Virus record (IMG/VR): IMGVR_UViG_3300044617_000226
Coordinates: 14,989-78,988 of that record
Strand: one strand, 5' to 3'
Length of the DNA stretch: 64,000 nucleotides
Origin: a virus
In this document: positions 9,573-19,632 of the stretch, in pieces
How the letters are laid out: each line of letters starts with the position of its first letter
How positions within the stretch are numbered: position 1 is the first letter of the stretch
The notes under the pieces: model-generated
Seen by the model: only the letters and a program-made list of their open reading frames with translations
What the model was told of the DNA's origin: nothing
Databases searched by the model: none
Program-made: the position numbers and the translations under genes

Positions 9573-10354
9573 AAACTTTTAATCATTCCAATTTCTCGCT
9601 GAAAATCATATCCCATATCAACATAGCGTTGGGTTATATCTTTACTATATATAAAATCCCCATCTTTAAATAGATCCATCAACACATTTTTACCTTCAGC
9701 GAATCTATCCAATATGATATCAGCAAGTATCCTATTATTTTCATCTGTAAGATGTGTGCTACGAACATCTCCATATCCGCCCATATCCATTTCTTTTTCT
9801 GTGACTTTAAACAAATTATACAGGCAATCACTATGTCTATTGGAAAAATCTAATTCATTGCCGGCGTTATCGATAAAAGGTAATATATTTACTAATTTTA
9901 TATTCTTGTCTTTACATATTTGATTAACATCATCAAACATCTTTTGCTGTACCCAAAAATTGAACTGAAAATCACATAAAAATTTATAACCTAATAATAT
10001 CTGTACGATCTCAGACTGTTCTTCTGCATTGAATTTTTTAAATGTAGATGTTTTGTAGAATGTTTCAACATCTGGAAATCCACTAACTACAGCGTATCGG
10101 TGAGGCATAGTCTGTATCCTATGCACAAATGACCAACAAAATACAATATGGTCAAATCTATGATGATGATCTTTAAAACAAGTAAAAGCATGATTACTAG
10201 CACTACCGCTTAAACCATATGATGATACTTTATGTCCTTTAGACACGATATGCGCCATCCAACTTTCATCTGTTTTAAACTTTGACAATGGTGCAGATAT
10301 ATTTCTATCCGCATAACTGTCGCCGAATACTCCTATATGCAACTTATCCATCAT
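9569..10354 (-). CDS. SGNH/GDSL-fold protein
   Basis: VFGDSYAD, YGLSGSA, DVRSTHLTDENN. Confidence 0.7.
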   Translation of the reverse strand: MMDKLHIGVFGDSYADRNISAPLSKFKTDESWMAHIVSKGHKVSSYGLSGSASNHAFTCFKDHHHRFDHIVFCWSFVHRIQTMPHRYAVVSGFPDVETFYKTSTFKKFNAEEQSEIVQILLGYKFLCDFQFNFWVQQKMFDDVNQICKDKNIKLVNILPFIDNAGNELDFSNRHSDCLYNLFKVTEKEMDMGGYGDVRSTHLTDENNRILADIILDRFAEGKNVLMDLFKDGDFIYSKDITQRYVDMGYDFQREIGMIKSL

Positions 10355-11604
10355 TTAAGTCCTATATATTTTGCTAGATTGTCAGGTTTATTTCTGCGCT
10401 TAGTATACTGCTCAAAAAAGATGTCACTATCTCTACGCATCTCTGCCTGATTCTCTCTTATGAATCCTTCATCCAAAAACTTGATCAATCTATTACAATG
10501 CTCATGTTCTATAGGTAATAGATCATCTTTGATAGTTTCATAAAATTTTGTATATTTGTTAATATAGAAATCTCGCTCACTTCTAGTCAAACAAGCAAAA
10601 CCTTGAAACTCTGGTTTATCTACCATGTTGATAGATATATAAGGCTTGACTTTAGTTCGCTTTCTGATATCAATTATATCCAGATACATCTGATCTAATG
10701 ACTGTAATGCTATCGCGCTTACTGTGGTACTGATGCTAAACTCTTTGACTGTGCTATTACCCAGTCTTTCAATGTTCGTTAACCATTCACTATAAACCAT
10801 ACCTTCCCGTATGAACTCGGCAGTCTCACCCGCACTTTCATTGCTGATGTTCATGCGTAAGTTATTCAATCCTTTGATTTTTTCAAAGAATCTATCCATT
10901 ACTACTGGTTTCTGACATAGATTGCTGTGTATCACAGTCTCAATATTAGGATTGATTCTAGTCATCATAGCGAACAACTGAAACACTTCTTCATGCATCA
11001 ATGGTTCACCTCCGCTTACACGGATGCTCTCAAGTCCGGACATGACTGTCTCAAACCACTTCCAGAACAATTCCATGTGAGGTGGCTTGATCATCTCGTT
11101 CAATTCAGCCATGTCTTTCTGATAATGTCTACGATCATCAGTTTTGATGTTTGTATAGACACCATTGACTCTTATATCATTTATCCAACTAGTGCTAAAT
11201 TGTGGACTGCAATAACTACAGGCTAAGTTACAAGTATTATTGAATGCTAACTCTAATGCTTTGGGCTTGAATACGAAATTAGGATTCTTATAATCTTCAG
11301 CAGTCAAATGATCTTTGAAACTTAAACTCTTTCTAGTTCTGTCGCTAGTCAATCCTAGATTTTCATAGCGCCAGCAACTATCACATGCAGGGGGTTGTTC
11401 GCCTGCTAACATTCTTTTTTGTTGGTCGCGCTTTTCTGCTGGATTATAGAATGTATCTACTGTGTCACCTACTTGCAAGAAAGGGGTATAATGGCAACTG
11501 GCGATCTTGCCGCTATATACCCATATACTTGCCTCATGAAACTTAGCCAAACAGAATGTGGGGCTAGTCTCATCTCTGATTTTTAATAACTTATTCAATT
11601 CCAT
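10351..11604 (-). CDS. N-terminal Twitch radical SAM protein, subtype A
   Basis: FCLAKF...SCHYTP...CDSCW N-domain; CNLACSYC; SGGEP. Confidence 0.9.
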   Translation of the reverse strand: MELNKLLKIRDETSPTFCLAKFHEASIWVYSGKIASCHYTPFLQVGDTVDTFYNPAEKRDQQKRMLAGEQPPACDSCWRYENLGLTSDRTRKSLSFKDHLTAEDYKNPNFVFKPKALELAFNNTCNLACSYCSPQFSTSWINDIRVNGVYTNIKTDDRRHYQKDMAELNEMIKPPHMELFWKWFETVMSGLESIRVSGGEPLMHEEVFQLFAMMTRINPNIETVIHSNLCQKPVVMDRFFEKIKGLNNLRMNISNESAGETAEFIREGMVYSEWLTNIERLGNSTVKEFSISTTVSAIALQSLDQMYLDIIDIRKRTKVKPYISINMVDKPEFQGFACLTRSERDFYINKYTKFYETIKDDLLPIEHEHCNRLIKFLDEGFIRENQAEMRRDSDIFFEQYTKRRNKPDNLAKYIGLK

Positions 11605-12935
11605 CAGTAGTCAAACTCATCGTCTAATTTGTTATGTATCAGATAGTTTTTAATGTTGTTGTGTTCTGGATAGATAGTGAAAAAATCTTCTTCCCTTATC
11701 TCGTCTAATTTCTTCGTGATCTTGCTGAACATCTTTAAAGATTCATGCATGTTAGGAGCACGATCTAATTCAGAGTACATGAACTTTATAGCATTATCAT
11801 ATCTGTGTAATGTATTACTTATTGTGGAATATTGATCCTGGAACTTTTTGAGCCATTCCATCTGATCTAAAAACAATAATTCGATCTCACGCTTTTTCCA
11901 CTCGGGTATGTTTTTAAGGTTATAATATGGTGGAGTATCTAATGGGTTAATCATTATATCGTCTGGTTTTATCAGACCCAATTCCACCCACTCTTTATGA
12001 AATTCTACTAGATTATGCGCATTAGGCCAACTCAATGTGAAGCCGATATTAAAGTCTACATGAGGACATTCTTGCATCAACAACTTTCTGTTCTCAACTA
12101 TAGTAGCCCATTCTGTTCCCTTGCGCCAGTATTCGCCCTTGCTATAACTTCCATCTAAACTAGCATTGATTTGTACTCTAGTAAACTTCTTCCAGTACTC
12201 TAATACATTGTCGAAACCCTTGAGTTTGAAGTTTGAGAAGTTAGTATTATATTGTAATGATACATCTAGTTTATCTAGTTCTATCAATCTGTCAAGCATC
12301 TTATAATGATCTTCTTGCATCAATGGTTCCCCGCCTGCGAAATAGATTAATTCTGCTGTTGCTAGGTGGGGTAATATCTCTTCTAGTGCATGAACCTCAG
12401 TCTTACCGGCAAACTGAAAACCATTATCAGTATCCTTGAACTTATCGCTTGGATATAACTTTCTATTATCTCCTACCCAACTTGTGCTATAATAAGGCCC
12501 GCATGTTCTACATCGTAGATTACATAAATTGTTGAATCTAACATCGATATAAAAAAGTTTATGCTCTGCAAGTGATCCGTCAGGTCTAGTATTTGCTACG
12601 ATGTCTTGCACTACCTTGTTGTCTTTGAAGAACCTGTCATTGTATGCATTATAAAACTGATCACCTATAGTATGACGATTATTGCATATCGCACAGTGGG
12701 GGTGTTTTTCCCCGCGCAAAAACTGCAATCGCATGTTTCTTGTCTCTTCGTTATTCCATATTTCTGCTAATGAGTTTTCTTTCAAATTGCCGATCTGTTG
12801 CTGGTTCTCATAACCATAAACACAGCAAGGTTTGACATCACCTCTAGTTCCTACATGTTGATGTACCCATGGAAAGATGCAAAAAGTCTTGCTAGTCTTT
12901 GCCATCTCTAATGGATTAAATTCTTGATCGCTCAT
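11604..12935 (-). CDS. N-terminal Twitch radical SAM protein, subtype B
   Basis: CIFPW...KPCC...CAIC; CNLRCRTC; AGGEP; YNTN; SLDG. Confidence 0.9.
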   Translation of the reverse strand: MSDQEFNPLEMAKTSKTFCIFPWVHQHVGTRGDVKPCCVYGYENQQQIGNLKENSLAEIWNNEETRNMRLQFLRGEKHPHCAICNNRHTIGDQFYNAYNDRFFKDNKVVQDIVANTRPDGSLAEHKLFYIDVRFNNLCNLRCRTCGPYYSTSWVGDNRKLYPSDKFKDTDNGFQFAGKTEVHALEEILPHLATAELIYFAGGEPLMQEDHYKMLDRLIELDKLDVSLQYNTNFSNFKLKGFDNVLEYWKKFTRVQINASLDGSYSKGEYWRKGTEWATIVENRKLLMQECPHVDFNIGFTLSWPNAHNLVEFHKEWVELGLIKPDDIMINPLDTPPYYNLKNIPEWKKREIELLFLDQMEWLKKFQDQYSTISNTLHRYDNAIKFMYSELDRAPNMHESLKMFSKITKKLDEIREEDFFTIYPEHNNIKNYLIHNKLDDEFDY

Positions 12936-14226
12936 ATTCTATAAAATCCCTGTGTAATTCTGGGAAGAGGATCTTGAAATCTTCATTCCTTATAGTATCT
13001 AGTTTTTGTGTCTCTTTGAAAAATAATGGAATCAATTTAGATTCGTCTTTGCTATTCATCATAGTCATAGCATTTTTCCAAACATCTACATAATGATAGT
13101 AATCGTAATTCTTTACTTGTGTCTGATCTAGAAACTCTAGGTGAGCCAATATTTTTTCTGATACTCTTTGTTTTGTCTTAGGAGGTAATATAGTAGTCTG
13201 CATCCATATAGGTGCATGTAGCACATTCAAGTTAAAGTTGAATTTGTTTCCATTATTGTTAGTGAAAATATCACTCTCGCACATATGTCTGTGTAAGTCT
13301 ATGGCTGCTTCACAATTAAAGATGCTGTATACTGCGCTGACTCCATAATTAGCATTTGGTGCTTGTTCTTTGCTAGCCTTGATCCAATCTTGTGCAAGTT
13401 GCCAGTCAAAGCCTTTGCGTATATATTCTCCTTGCAGGCCCATTGCATCGATGCTGCCTATTATGAATACATTATAGAACTTGTCTAGTAATTTGAATGC
13501 GTTATAATGTTTTAATTCATAGACGCTTAAGTTGGTATTATATCTGATCTTTATATTAGTTTTACCCATGTCTATCAATAGTTGCAAGAATTCATAATGT
13601 TCTTCTTGCATCATGGGCTCCCCGCCACTGAAATGTATCTCTGTATATTCATCACACATATTGACCATATCGATAAGATCAGTAGTCATATGTGGAATTT
13701 TTGTATTAGTCAATAAACTTGCTTTGACGGGTAATCCCATCTTCATCACTTCAACCGCCCAACTTGTGCTAAGACCTGGGCCGCAACTACGACATTTGAA
13801 ATTGCAAAGACTGTTGAATATGATATCTATGGTACCTAACTTTATATTTTTCACACTGCCGTCGGCATTTGTTTGTTCAACTATATCTTTAAATTTATTA
13901 TAACCATTAAAATTGGTATGATCCGGATAATCACGATAACGCTTATTGAATATATTGCGCATACTATCGATGCCGCTATCTTCTTCTTTCCAGCATCGTG
14001 AACATGAATCCGGTTTCTTACCTTCTAAGAAATCTTTCCTCAATTTATTCCATTGATCACCATGAAATATATCTGTGATTTTATTGTCATTCCAATTACC
14101 CAACTGGTGCTGATGATTGTGGCTATAATAACAGCATGGCATCACCTTACCATCAGGTTCGGTGTGTATCTGTAGCCAGGGAAGACTGCAAAAATGCTCG
14201 GGAAAGTTGTCGTTTTCTAATGCCAT
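12916..14226 (-). CDS. N-terminal Twitch radical SAM protein, subtype B
   Basis: CSLPW...MPCC...CSRCW; CNFKCRSC; SGGEP; YNTN; SIDA. Confidence 0.9.
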   Translation of the reverse strand: MALENDNFPEHFCSLPWLQIHTEPDGKVMPCCYYSHNHQHQLGNWNDNKITDIFHGDQWNKLRKDFLEGKKPDSCSRCWKEEDSGIDSMRNIFNKRYRDYPDHTNFNGYNKFKDIVEQTNADGSVKNIKLGTIDIIFNSLCNFKCRSCGPGLSTSWAVEVMKMGLPVKASLLTNTKIPHMTTDLIDMVNMCDEYTEIHFSGGEPMMQEEHYEFLQLLIDMGKTNIKIRYNTNLSVYELKHYNAFKLLDKFYNVFIIGSIDAMGLQGEYIRKGFDWQLAQDWIKASKEQAPNANYGVSAVYSIFNCEAAIDLHRHMCESDIFTNNNGNKFNFNLNVLHAPIWMQTTILPPKTKQRVSEKILAHLEFLDQTQVKNYDYYHYVDVWKNAMTMMNSKDESKLIPLFFKETQKLDTIRNEDFKILFPELHRDFIEYERSRI

Positions 14227-14232
14227 GATGTA

Positions 14233-15525
14233 TTAGTAAATCCATCCATCAAGTTCGGGGAACACATTAGTAAAGTTTCTATCTCTACGATTGTCATATT
14301 CAGTAGTGAACTTCTTGAACTGATCTGTTCTCCATTCACGCTCAGTATCATTCATAGTTGACTTGCGGGCTTTCCAGAAATCATAGACCATAGCCCATGT
14401 TTCTTTCTCTACGCTCTTTATCAAACTATCATTTTCTTTCATGAAGTTGTTAGTATCTTCAAAATAACTATCAGCACTATCTGGTAGTATGCGCAAATCG
14501 AACTGTTTAGGGTCAACTAATCGTGCGCAGTTGAACATGATATCGATACCATCTTTACGAAACTCAATAACTTTCTTAATAAATGTCTTAAAGTTGAAAA
14601 CGCTCAACAATCCAAATGTGACCATGATACGAATAGGTACATGGAATGTTGTGCTGACTTTGCGAACAGTATCTTCCCACTGTGCTACATCTAGACCATC
14701 ACGGATATACTCTGCTTGTGGTCCCCATGTATCCATGCTTGTATATACTTCAAGACCCTTGATAGTTTTAGCATTCAATAATGTCGTAGCCTTCTCAAAG
14801 AACATCTTTAGATTCTTCTCAGGTACGCATAAGTTGGTGTTGATAACTAATGTCAAGTTAGGATTGTGGTTCTGTGCTACGAAATCTAATAGTTTCATGA
14901 AGTTGCGTGTGGCGAGTGGTTCACCACCGGTGATTCTTAGATAACGCAAATCTTTGTATGCGTCGGGTAACCACTTCCAGAATGCATCGATATATGGGTT
15001 ATCATCTTCTGGCAACATGTCGTGCATCTTGTCTTTATGCACAGTAGGATCTTCGATAGGATAACTACCGAATTTACGAACTTCATGCTCCCATCGTGAA
15101 CTCTGTCCCGGACTGCAATAACTACATGCAAAGTTACAAGTGTTTGCGAAACTAATCTCTAAGTAGCTAGGATTGATCGGCTTGTCATAAGGTGCATTCA
15201 ATATTTCTGCTCTGCGCTCAATAGCCCAGGACTCGTTAGTAAAACGCTTTCTATCGCTGATGACATCGGGGTTAATCGCTTCCATGTCAAAACAGTAGTA
15301 GCACTCTTTAGGCTTCTCACCATTCATCATCTGACGGCGTTGCTCAATCTTATGTCCAGTATTATGTAATGCTGAAGGGTCTTTGTCAGTCTCTTCACGC
15401 TTCCAACGATGTATCGGTGGATGATAACAACTGTGGTTCTCGCCCATACCGAAATGCATAGTGACCATAAGCCATTTTGCCGCACAAAAACTGTTTTGAA
15501 TCTTAATTGGAATTTCTACACTCAT
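14233..15525 (-). CDS. N-terminal Twitch radical SAM protein, subtype A
   Basis: CAAKW...SCYHPP...CYYC; CNFACSYC; TGGEP. Confidence 0.9.
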   Translation of the reverse strand: MSVEIPIKIQNSFCAAKWLMVTMHFGMGENHSCYHPPIHRWKREETDKDPSALHNTGHKIEQRRQMMNGEKPKECYYCFDMEAINPDVISDRKRFTNESWAIERRAEILNAPYDKPINPSYLEISFANTCNFACSYCSPGQSSRWEHEVRKFGSYPIEDPTVHKDKMHDMLPEDDNPYIDAFWKWLPDAYKDLRYLRITGGEPLATRNFMKLLDFVAQNHNPNLTLVINTNLCVPEKNLKMFFEKATTLLNAKTIKGLEVYTSMDTWGPQAEYIRDGLDVAQWEDTVRKVSTTFHVPIRIMVTFGLLSVFNFKTFIKKVIEFRKDGIDIMFNCARLVDPKQFDLRILPDSADSYFEDTNNFMKENDSLIKSVEKETWAMVYDFWKARKSTMNDTEREWRTDQFKKFTTEYDNRRDRNFTNVFPELDGWIY

Positions 15526-16700
15526 AATATTTCACCTAATTCTGGTATATAATCTTTGTAACTTAAAGTTCTTGCCTTGTCTACTGCGTTGATGAACTGA
15601 CTTGCCTTCGTCAATAACTTGGGATCATGCTCTATCATTAATTTAGCATACAATTCATTACGCTGCCATTCATGCAATTTATCTTTATAATAATCCCTGA
15701 TCTTGTCTTTATAACTCTCAGGTAATGCGGCGAGACTTAGATAGTCTGGATACAATACATAATTGTGATGAGGTATCTTGTTATAATTTGTTTCTAGCCA
15801 AGTATTTAACACATCCAAATTCAATATGTTTAGTATGCTTACAGTCTGTGTGACATGCCAATATACATTATCTACTTTGTTTAATTTCTCTATGCTAGTG
15901 ACAGTTTCATCCCATTGTGTAGGATATCTGATATAATAGTTTCTAATATCGTAATCATCGATGCTTGCATTGACTGTGACTTTCATGAATGACTTCCACA
16001 ATTCTATCAGATTATCAGGAATGTCCATCATGTTTAGGCTATATACAAGATGTACTTTTTGTGCTGTACCATTATCGATTAGATTTTGCAGATAGCGGAA
16101 GTGTGCTTTGATCAATGTGGGTTCACCACCATTGATGTATATTTCTTCTACACCTTCGCTATACTTTGTCAACTCGTCATAGAACTCTGGATCTTCGAAC
16201 CACTTAAAGTTCTCTACGGGTCTTAGAACGAACCAAGGTAAGTCTTTGCTTATTTTCTTTTCGTCTGGATACCATTTGCTACTACTATAACTGTTACAAG
16301 TCAAGCAGGCATTATTACACACATTGCCTAAACGCAATTCGATATAACGATAATTAGGTCTCTTGATGAAAGATGTTTTCTCAAGTTGATCTATGATGTG
16401 TGCCCAGCGTTTGTTTTCGTACTGTCTTTTGCTTTCTAGTCCTGCATCTTCATCACGCCAGCATCCTTCACATTCGATAGGGCGTCTGCCGTCGATCATA
16501 TCTTGTCTTACTTTGATAAACTTATCGCTGTTGATGACATCATCGAGGCTGTCATTATCTAATGTAACAAGGCTGTTAGTACCTTGTTTCTTAGCCCAAC
16601 TAACTGCATCATTATGATTGCTACGGCAACAAAGGCTGACACCACCGTTAGGGTGTGTCGCTAGATGCATCCAAGGTAGCACACATAATGTTTTACTCAT
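15522..16700 (-). CDS. N-terminal Twitch radical SAM protein, subtype B
   Basis: CVLPW...SLCC...CEGCW; CNNACLTC; NGGEP. Confidence 0.9.
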   Translation of the reverse strand: MSKTLCVLPWMHLATHPNGGVSLCCRSNHNDAVSWAKKQGTNSLVTLDNDSLDDVINSDKFIKVRQDMIDGRRPIECEGCWRDEDAGLESKRQYENKRWAHIIDQLEKTSFIKRPNYRYIELRLGNVCNNACLTCNSYSSSKWYPDEKKISKDLPWFVLRPVENFKWFEDPEFYDELTKYSEGVEEIYINGGEPTLIKAHFRYLQNLIDNGTAQKVHLVYSLNMMDIPDNLIELWKSFMKVTVNASIDDYDIRNYYIRYPTQWDETVTSIEKLNKVDNVYWHVTQTVSILNILNLDVLNTWLETNYNKIPHHNYVLYPDYLSLAALPESYKDKIRDYYKDKLHEWQRNELYAKLMIEHDPKLLTKASQFINAVDKARTLSYKDYIPELGEIL

Positions 16701-18094
16701 ATCTTATCCCACCATTCTAACAATTTAGGATGACGGCTATAGATATCACGCAATGTTAATTTAGCCTCGCGTATCTGTTCTAGTCTATGAACCCAACCTT
16801 TACCGTTCTTAGCTGCCTGGCGGAATGTGTCGGGCCATTCTTCTTCGTGTGTTTTTCTAGTATATTTCAATGCTTCTAAGTTAGCGATCAAAGTACCATG
16901 ACGCCATTCATCTGCTTTAGGTCTGATATAATCAAGTATATCATCGCATACTTCATTCAGTACTTCTCTAGGCCAACTAGTTGGACTCCACATGATGTCA
17001 GGATGGAACGCGAATGTGATCTTTGTCTCAATCTTTACGCCCAACTCATTACTCAAATCAAACAAATCTTTCAATGCGAACATACCGGGTGCTGTGATAG
17101 TCAAATCTAATACCATCTTTTGTCTGCCACCGGGCAATTCACAACCACGCTTGAAGTTTTCTAACCAACGATCCCACTTGATACCTGTGCGTATATATTC
17201 AACGATTTCACCCGTGCCGTCAATACTTGCGCACATCATCCAATCTTTGAAATGCGGTAGATAATCAAATAAGTTCTTATCACCAAATTGAACGCGGCTT
17301 AAGTTACTATTGTATCGCATGAAACAATTCTTTGCGCTACCATTCTTTAACATTTCTTCCAATGTCCACCAATGCACATCATACATCAATGGCTCGCCAC
17401 CTACCCAGTACATTTCTTCAACGATACCGCGACTTACTGCATCACGAAACTCTGGCTCGACAACCTCAGTCTGGAACTTCTCCATAGCAGTCTTGATCTC
17501 TGGGACCATGAATGGTTGATTCTTGGGAGTCCACATATTGTTGATCTTCTTTTCAGATTCCCATGAACTGCTTAACTGCTCACCGCACATGCGGCATTTG
17601 AAATTACATAGATTGCTGAAACGGTAATCGAATGATATAGGTTCCATAGTGGTATGACCTGTATCATCGGTCTTGTCGAATGCCTCTTGTATCTTATGCT
17701 TGAATAGTGTGCCTGTGAACCATCCGCGATAACTGTGACCTTCCATCAATAGATTCTTGTTACAGACATCGCATTGTGGAATCTCTTCTCCGCGCATTAA
17801 CTTTACACGGATATCACGCATATATGGACTGTTCCAATGTTCTTTCAATGACATTGGTCTATATTTGTCTAGTGATGTCTCACTATCCTTTACTGCGCCA
17901 TAACGCTCATCATTACTGCTGTCGATATATTGCTTTTGAAAACTATGTTCTTCACGGCTAGCACAACATAATCTGCGTTCGCTTTGTGGACTTATGTATG
18001 TGTGCGTCCATGGAGCCATGCAAAAGACTTTGTTTTCGCTGTCTTTTGCTGGCTTCGCATCATCACCCCATATCGGAATTATCTTATTTGTCAT
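16697..18094 (-). CDS. N-terminal Twitch radical SAM protein, subtype B
   Basis: CMAPW...RLCC...CDVC; CNFKCRMC; VGGEP; SIDG. Confidence 0.9.
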   Translation of the reverse strand: MTNKIIPIWGDDAKPAKDSENKVFCMAPWTHTYISPQSERRLCCASREEHSFQKQYIDSSNDERYGAVKDSETSLDKYRPMSLKEHWNSPYMRDIRVKLMRGEEIPQCDVCNKNLLMEGHSYRGWFTGTLFKHKIQEAFDKTDDTGHTTMEPISFDYRFSNLCNFKCRMCGEQLSSSWESEKKINNMWTPKNQPFMVPEIKTAMEKFQTEVVEPEFRDAVSRGIVEEMYWVGGEPLMYDVHWWTLEEMLKNGSAKNCFMRYNSNLSRVQFGDKNLFDYLPHFKDWMMCASIDGTGEIVEYIRTGIKWDRWLENFKRGCELPGGRQKMVLDLTITAPGMFALKDLFDLSNELGVKIETKITFAFHPDIMWSPTSWPREVLNEVCDDILDYIRPKADEWRHGTLIANLEALKYTRKTHEEEWPDTFRQAAKNGKGWVHRLEQIREAKLTLRDIYSRHPKLLEWWDKI

Positions 18095-19625
18095 TTTCTA
18101 AGTCAGGGTTGACGAACACTTCCTTGCTAGGATCTTCAGGTGGATGCTCTGGTACTAAGTCCATACCTTCACGATAGTTACCTGTGATGATCTCTGCACT
18201 AGTAGGTACTTCAGTATCGATACTGTCGAACCAATCAACGAATTCCTGGGGGAAAGTCTCACGGAAATTCTTTGCACGGCGTACATCATACTGACTATAG
18301 AACTGTTTGAAGTCTCGTTTATTCTGCTCAGGATCCTTCACATTCTTGTGAGGAGTCTTGATGACGTCAAGATAGTCAATCAATCTTTGAGTCTGCTCAC
18401 GCTCAATAGCAGTCAACAATGGTTCACCGTTTGTAGTCTTCTCGTTGAGATGAACATAATGATTCAACCAATGTTGTAATTTTTCGCTATACTTCTGACG
18501 AATCTCCATAGGCAACATCGCGCAACTCTGGAAACTTGGGAAACGCAAGATGTTCAATGACATAGTTGGATATGTAGAATCATGCTTACGCTTGAAGTTC
18601 ATGATCTCTGTCATGAATTCTGTGATGCTCGACAAGCAGAGGCTATTGATAGTCATCATGATATGTGTGCGCTTGACATTGCCTTCTGTGTGCAATCTTT
18701 CTAGGTTGCGCAACCATATATCCCAATTGAATCCATCGCGGATATACTCAGCATGTTTGCCGGTCGCTTCACAGCTAGTATAAACTTCTAGCCAAGGAAC
18801 ATAATGGCTCAATTCGATAAAACGATCCATGATGTCATCTTTAGGTACGAGGTTACTATTGATAGCATAACGCATGACCTTGCCGTCTGGACGATTCTTT
18901 ACACGCTCTTGATTTGCTTTGAACCATTCGAACAACTTCCATACACCGGCAGCCATTAATGGCTCACCGCCAGTGATACGAATCTCTTCTAGGTTATCAG
19001 CAAGACCATTCTCTTGTTCCCACCAGCGCCAGAACGCTTGTGTGTATGGGTTCACATCATCAGGCAGTGGCTTGGCATGATCTGCTTTGTTGATGAAGTG
19101 ACTACGGGCGTCACCGTTGATGTTACGATATGGTCCGAACTTGACGATATCCTTTACCCATGTCGTGCTGAAACTTGGATTGCAGTATGAACATGCGAAA
19201 TTACAAGTTCTATCGAATGCGATCTCAAGTGTACGCAACATAGTATTTTCTTGCCAGTCTGCTTTGGCAGTCTGTGCGATATACTCTTCTTGGTGTACAG
19301 CAGTCTTATATACACGGTCTGAGATAGATCCGCGACCTAGGTCTTCGATCTTCCAACAATATTCACATTCTTGTGGACGAGTACCTTCCTGCATCATTTT
19401 ACGCATCAATTTCTTGTGCGGAGTATTATGAATAGCAGTTGGGTTATCTTTCAACTCATTAGCATCGATCTGATGTCCTAATGGGTGGTGACAACTTGCT
19501 GTCTGTCCATTGCCTAACCAAATAGTAGCGTTTAGCCACTTGGCTGCACAATAACTATCGCTAACGATGTCAATGACTCGCTTCTTATAGTCTGCGTATG
19601 TTTCTTCCGGTCTTTTACCTGCCAT
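18084..19625 (-). CDS. N-terminal Twitch radical SAM protein, subtype A
   Basis: CAAKW...SCHHP...CEYCW; CNFACSYC; TGGEP; AGGA Shine-Dalgarno. Confidence 0.9.
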   Translation of the reverse strand: MAGKRPEETYADYKKRVIDIVSDSYCAAKWLNATIWLGNGQTASCHHPLGHQIDANELKDNPTAIHNTPHKKLMRKMMQEGTRPQECEYCWKIEDLGRGSISDRVYKTAVHQEEYIAQTAKADWQENTMLRTLEIAFDRTCNFACSYCNPSFSTTWVKDIVKFGPYRNINGDARSHFINKADHAKPLPDDVNPYTQAFWRWWEQENGLADNLEEIRITGGEPLMAAGVWKLFEWFKANQERVKNRPDGKVMRYAINSNLVPKDDIMDRFIELSHYVPWLEVYTSCEATGKHAEYIRDGFNWDIWLRNLERLHTEGNVKRTHIMMTINSLCLSSITEFMTEIMNFKRKHDSTYPTMSLNILRFPSFQSCAMLPMEIRQKYSEKLQHWLNHYVHLNEKTTNGEPLLTAIEREQTQRLIDYLDVIKTPHKNVKDPEQNKRDFKQFYSQYDVRRAKNFRETFPQEFVDWFDSIDTEVPTSAEIITGNYREGMDLVPEHPPEDPSKEVFVNPDLENDK

Positions 19626-19632
19626 ATTATCC

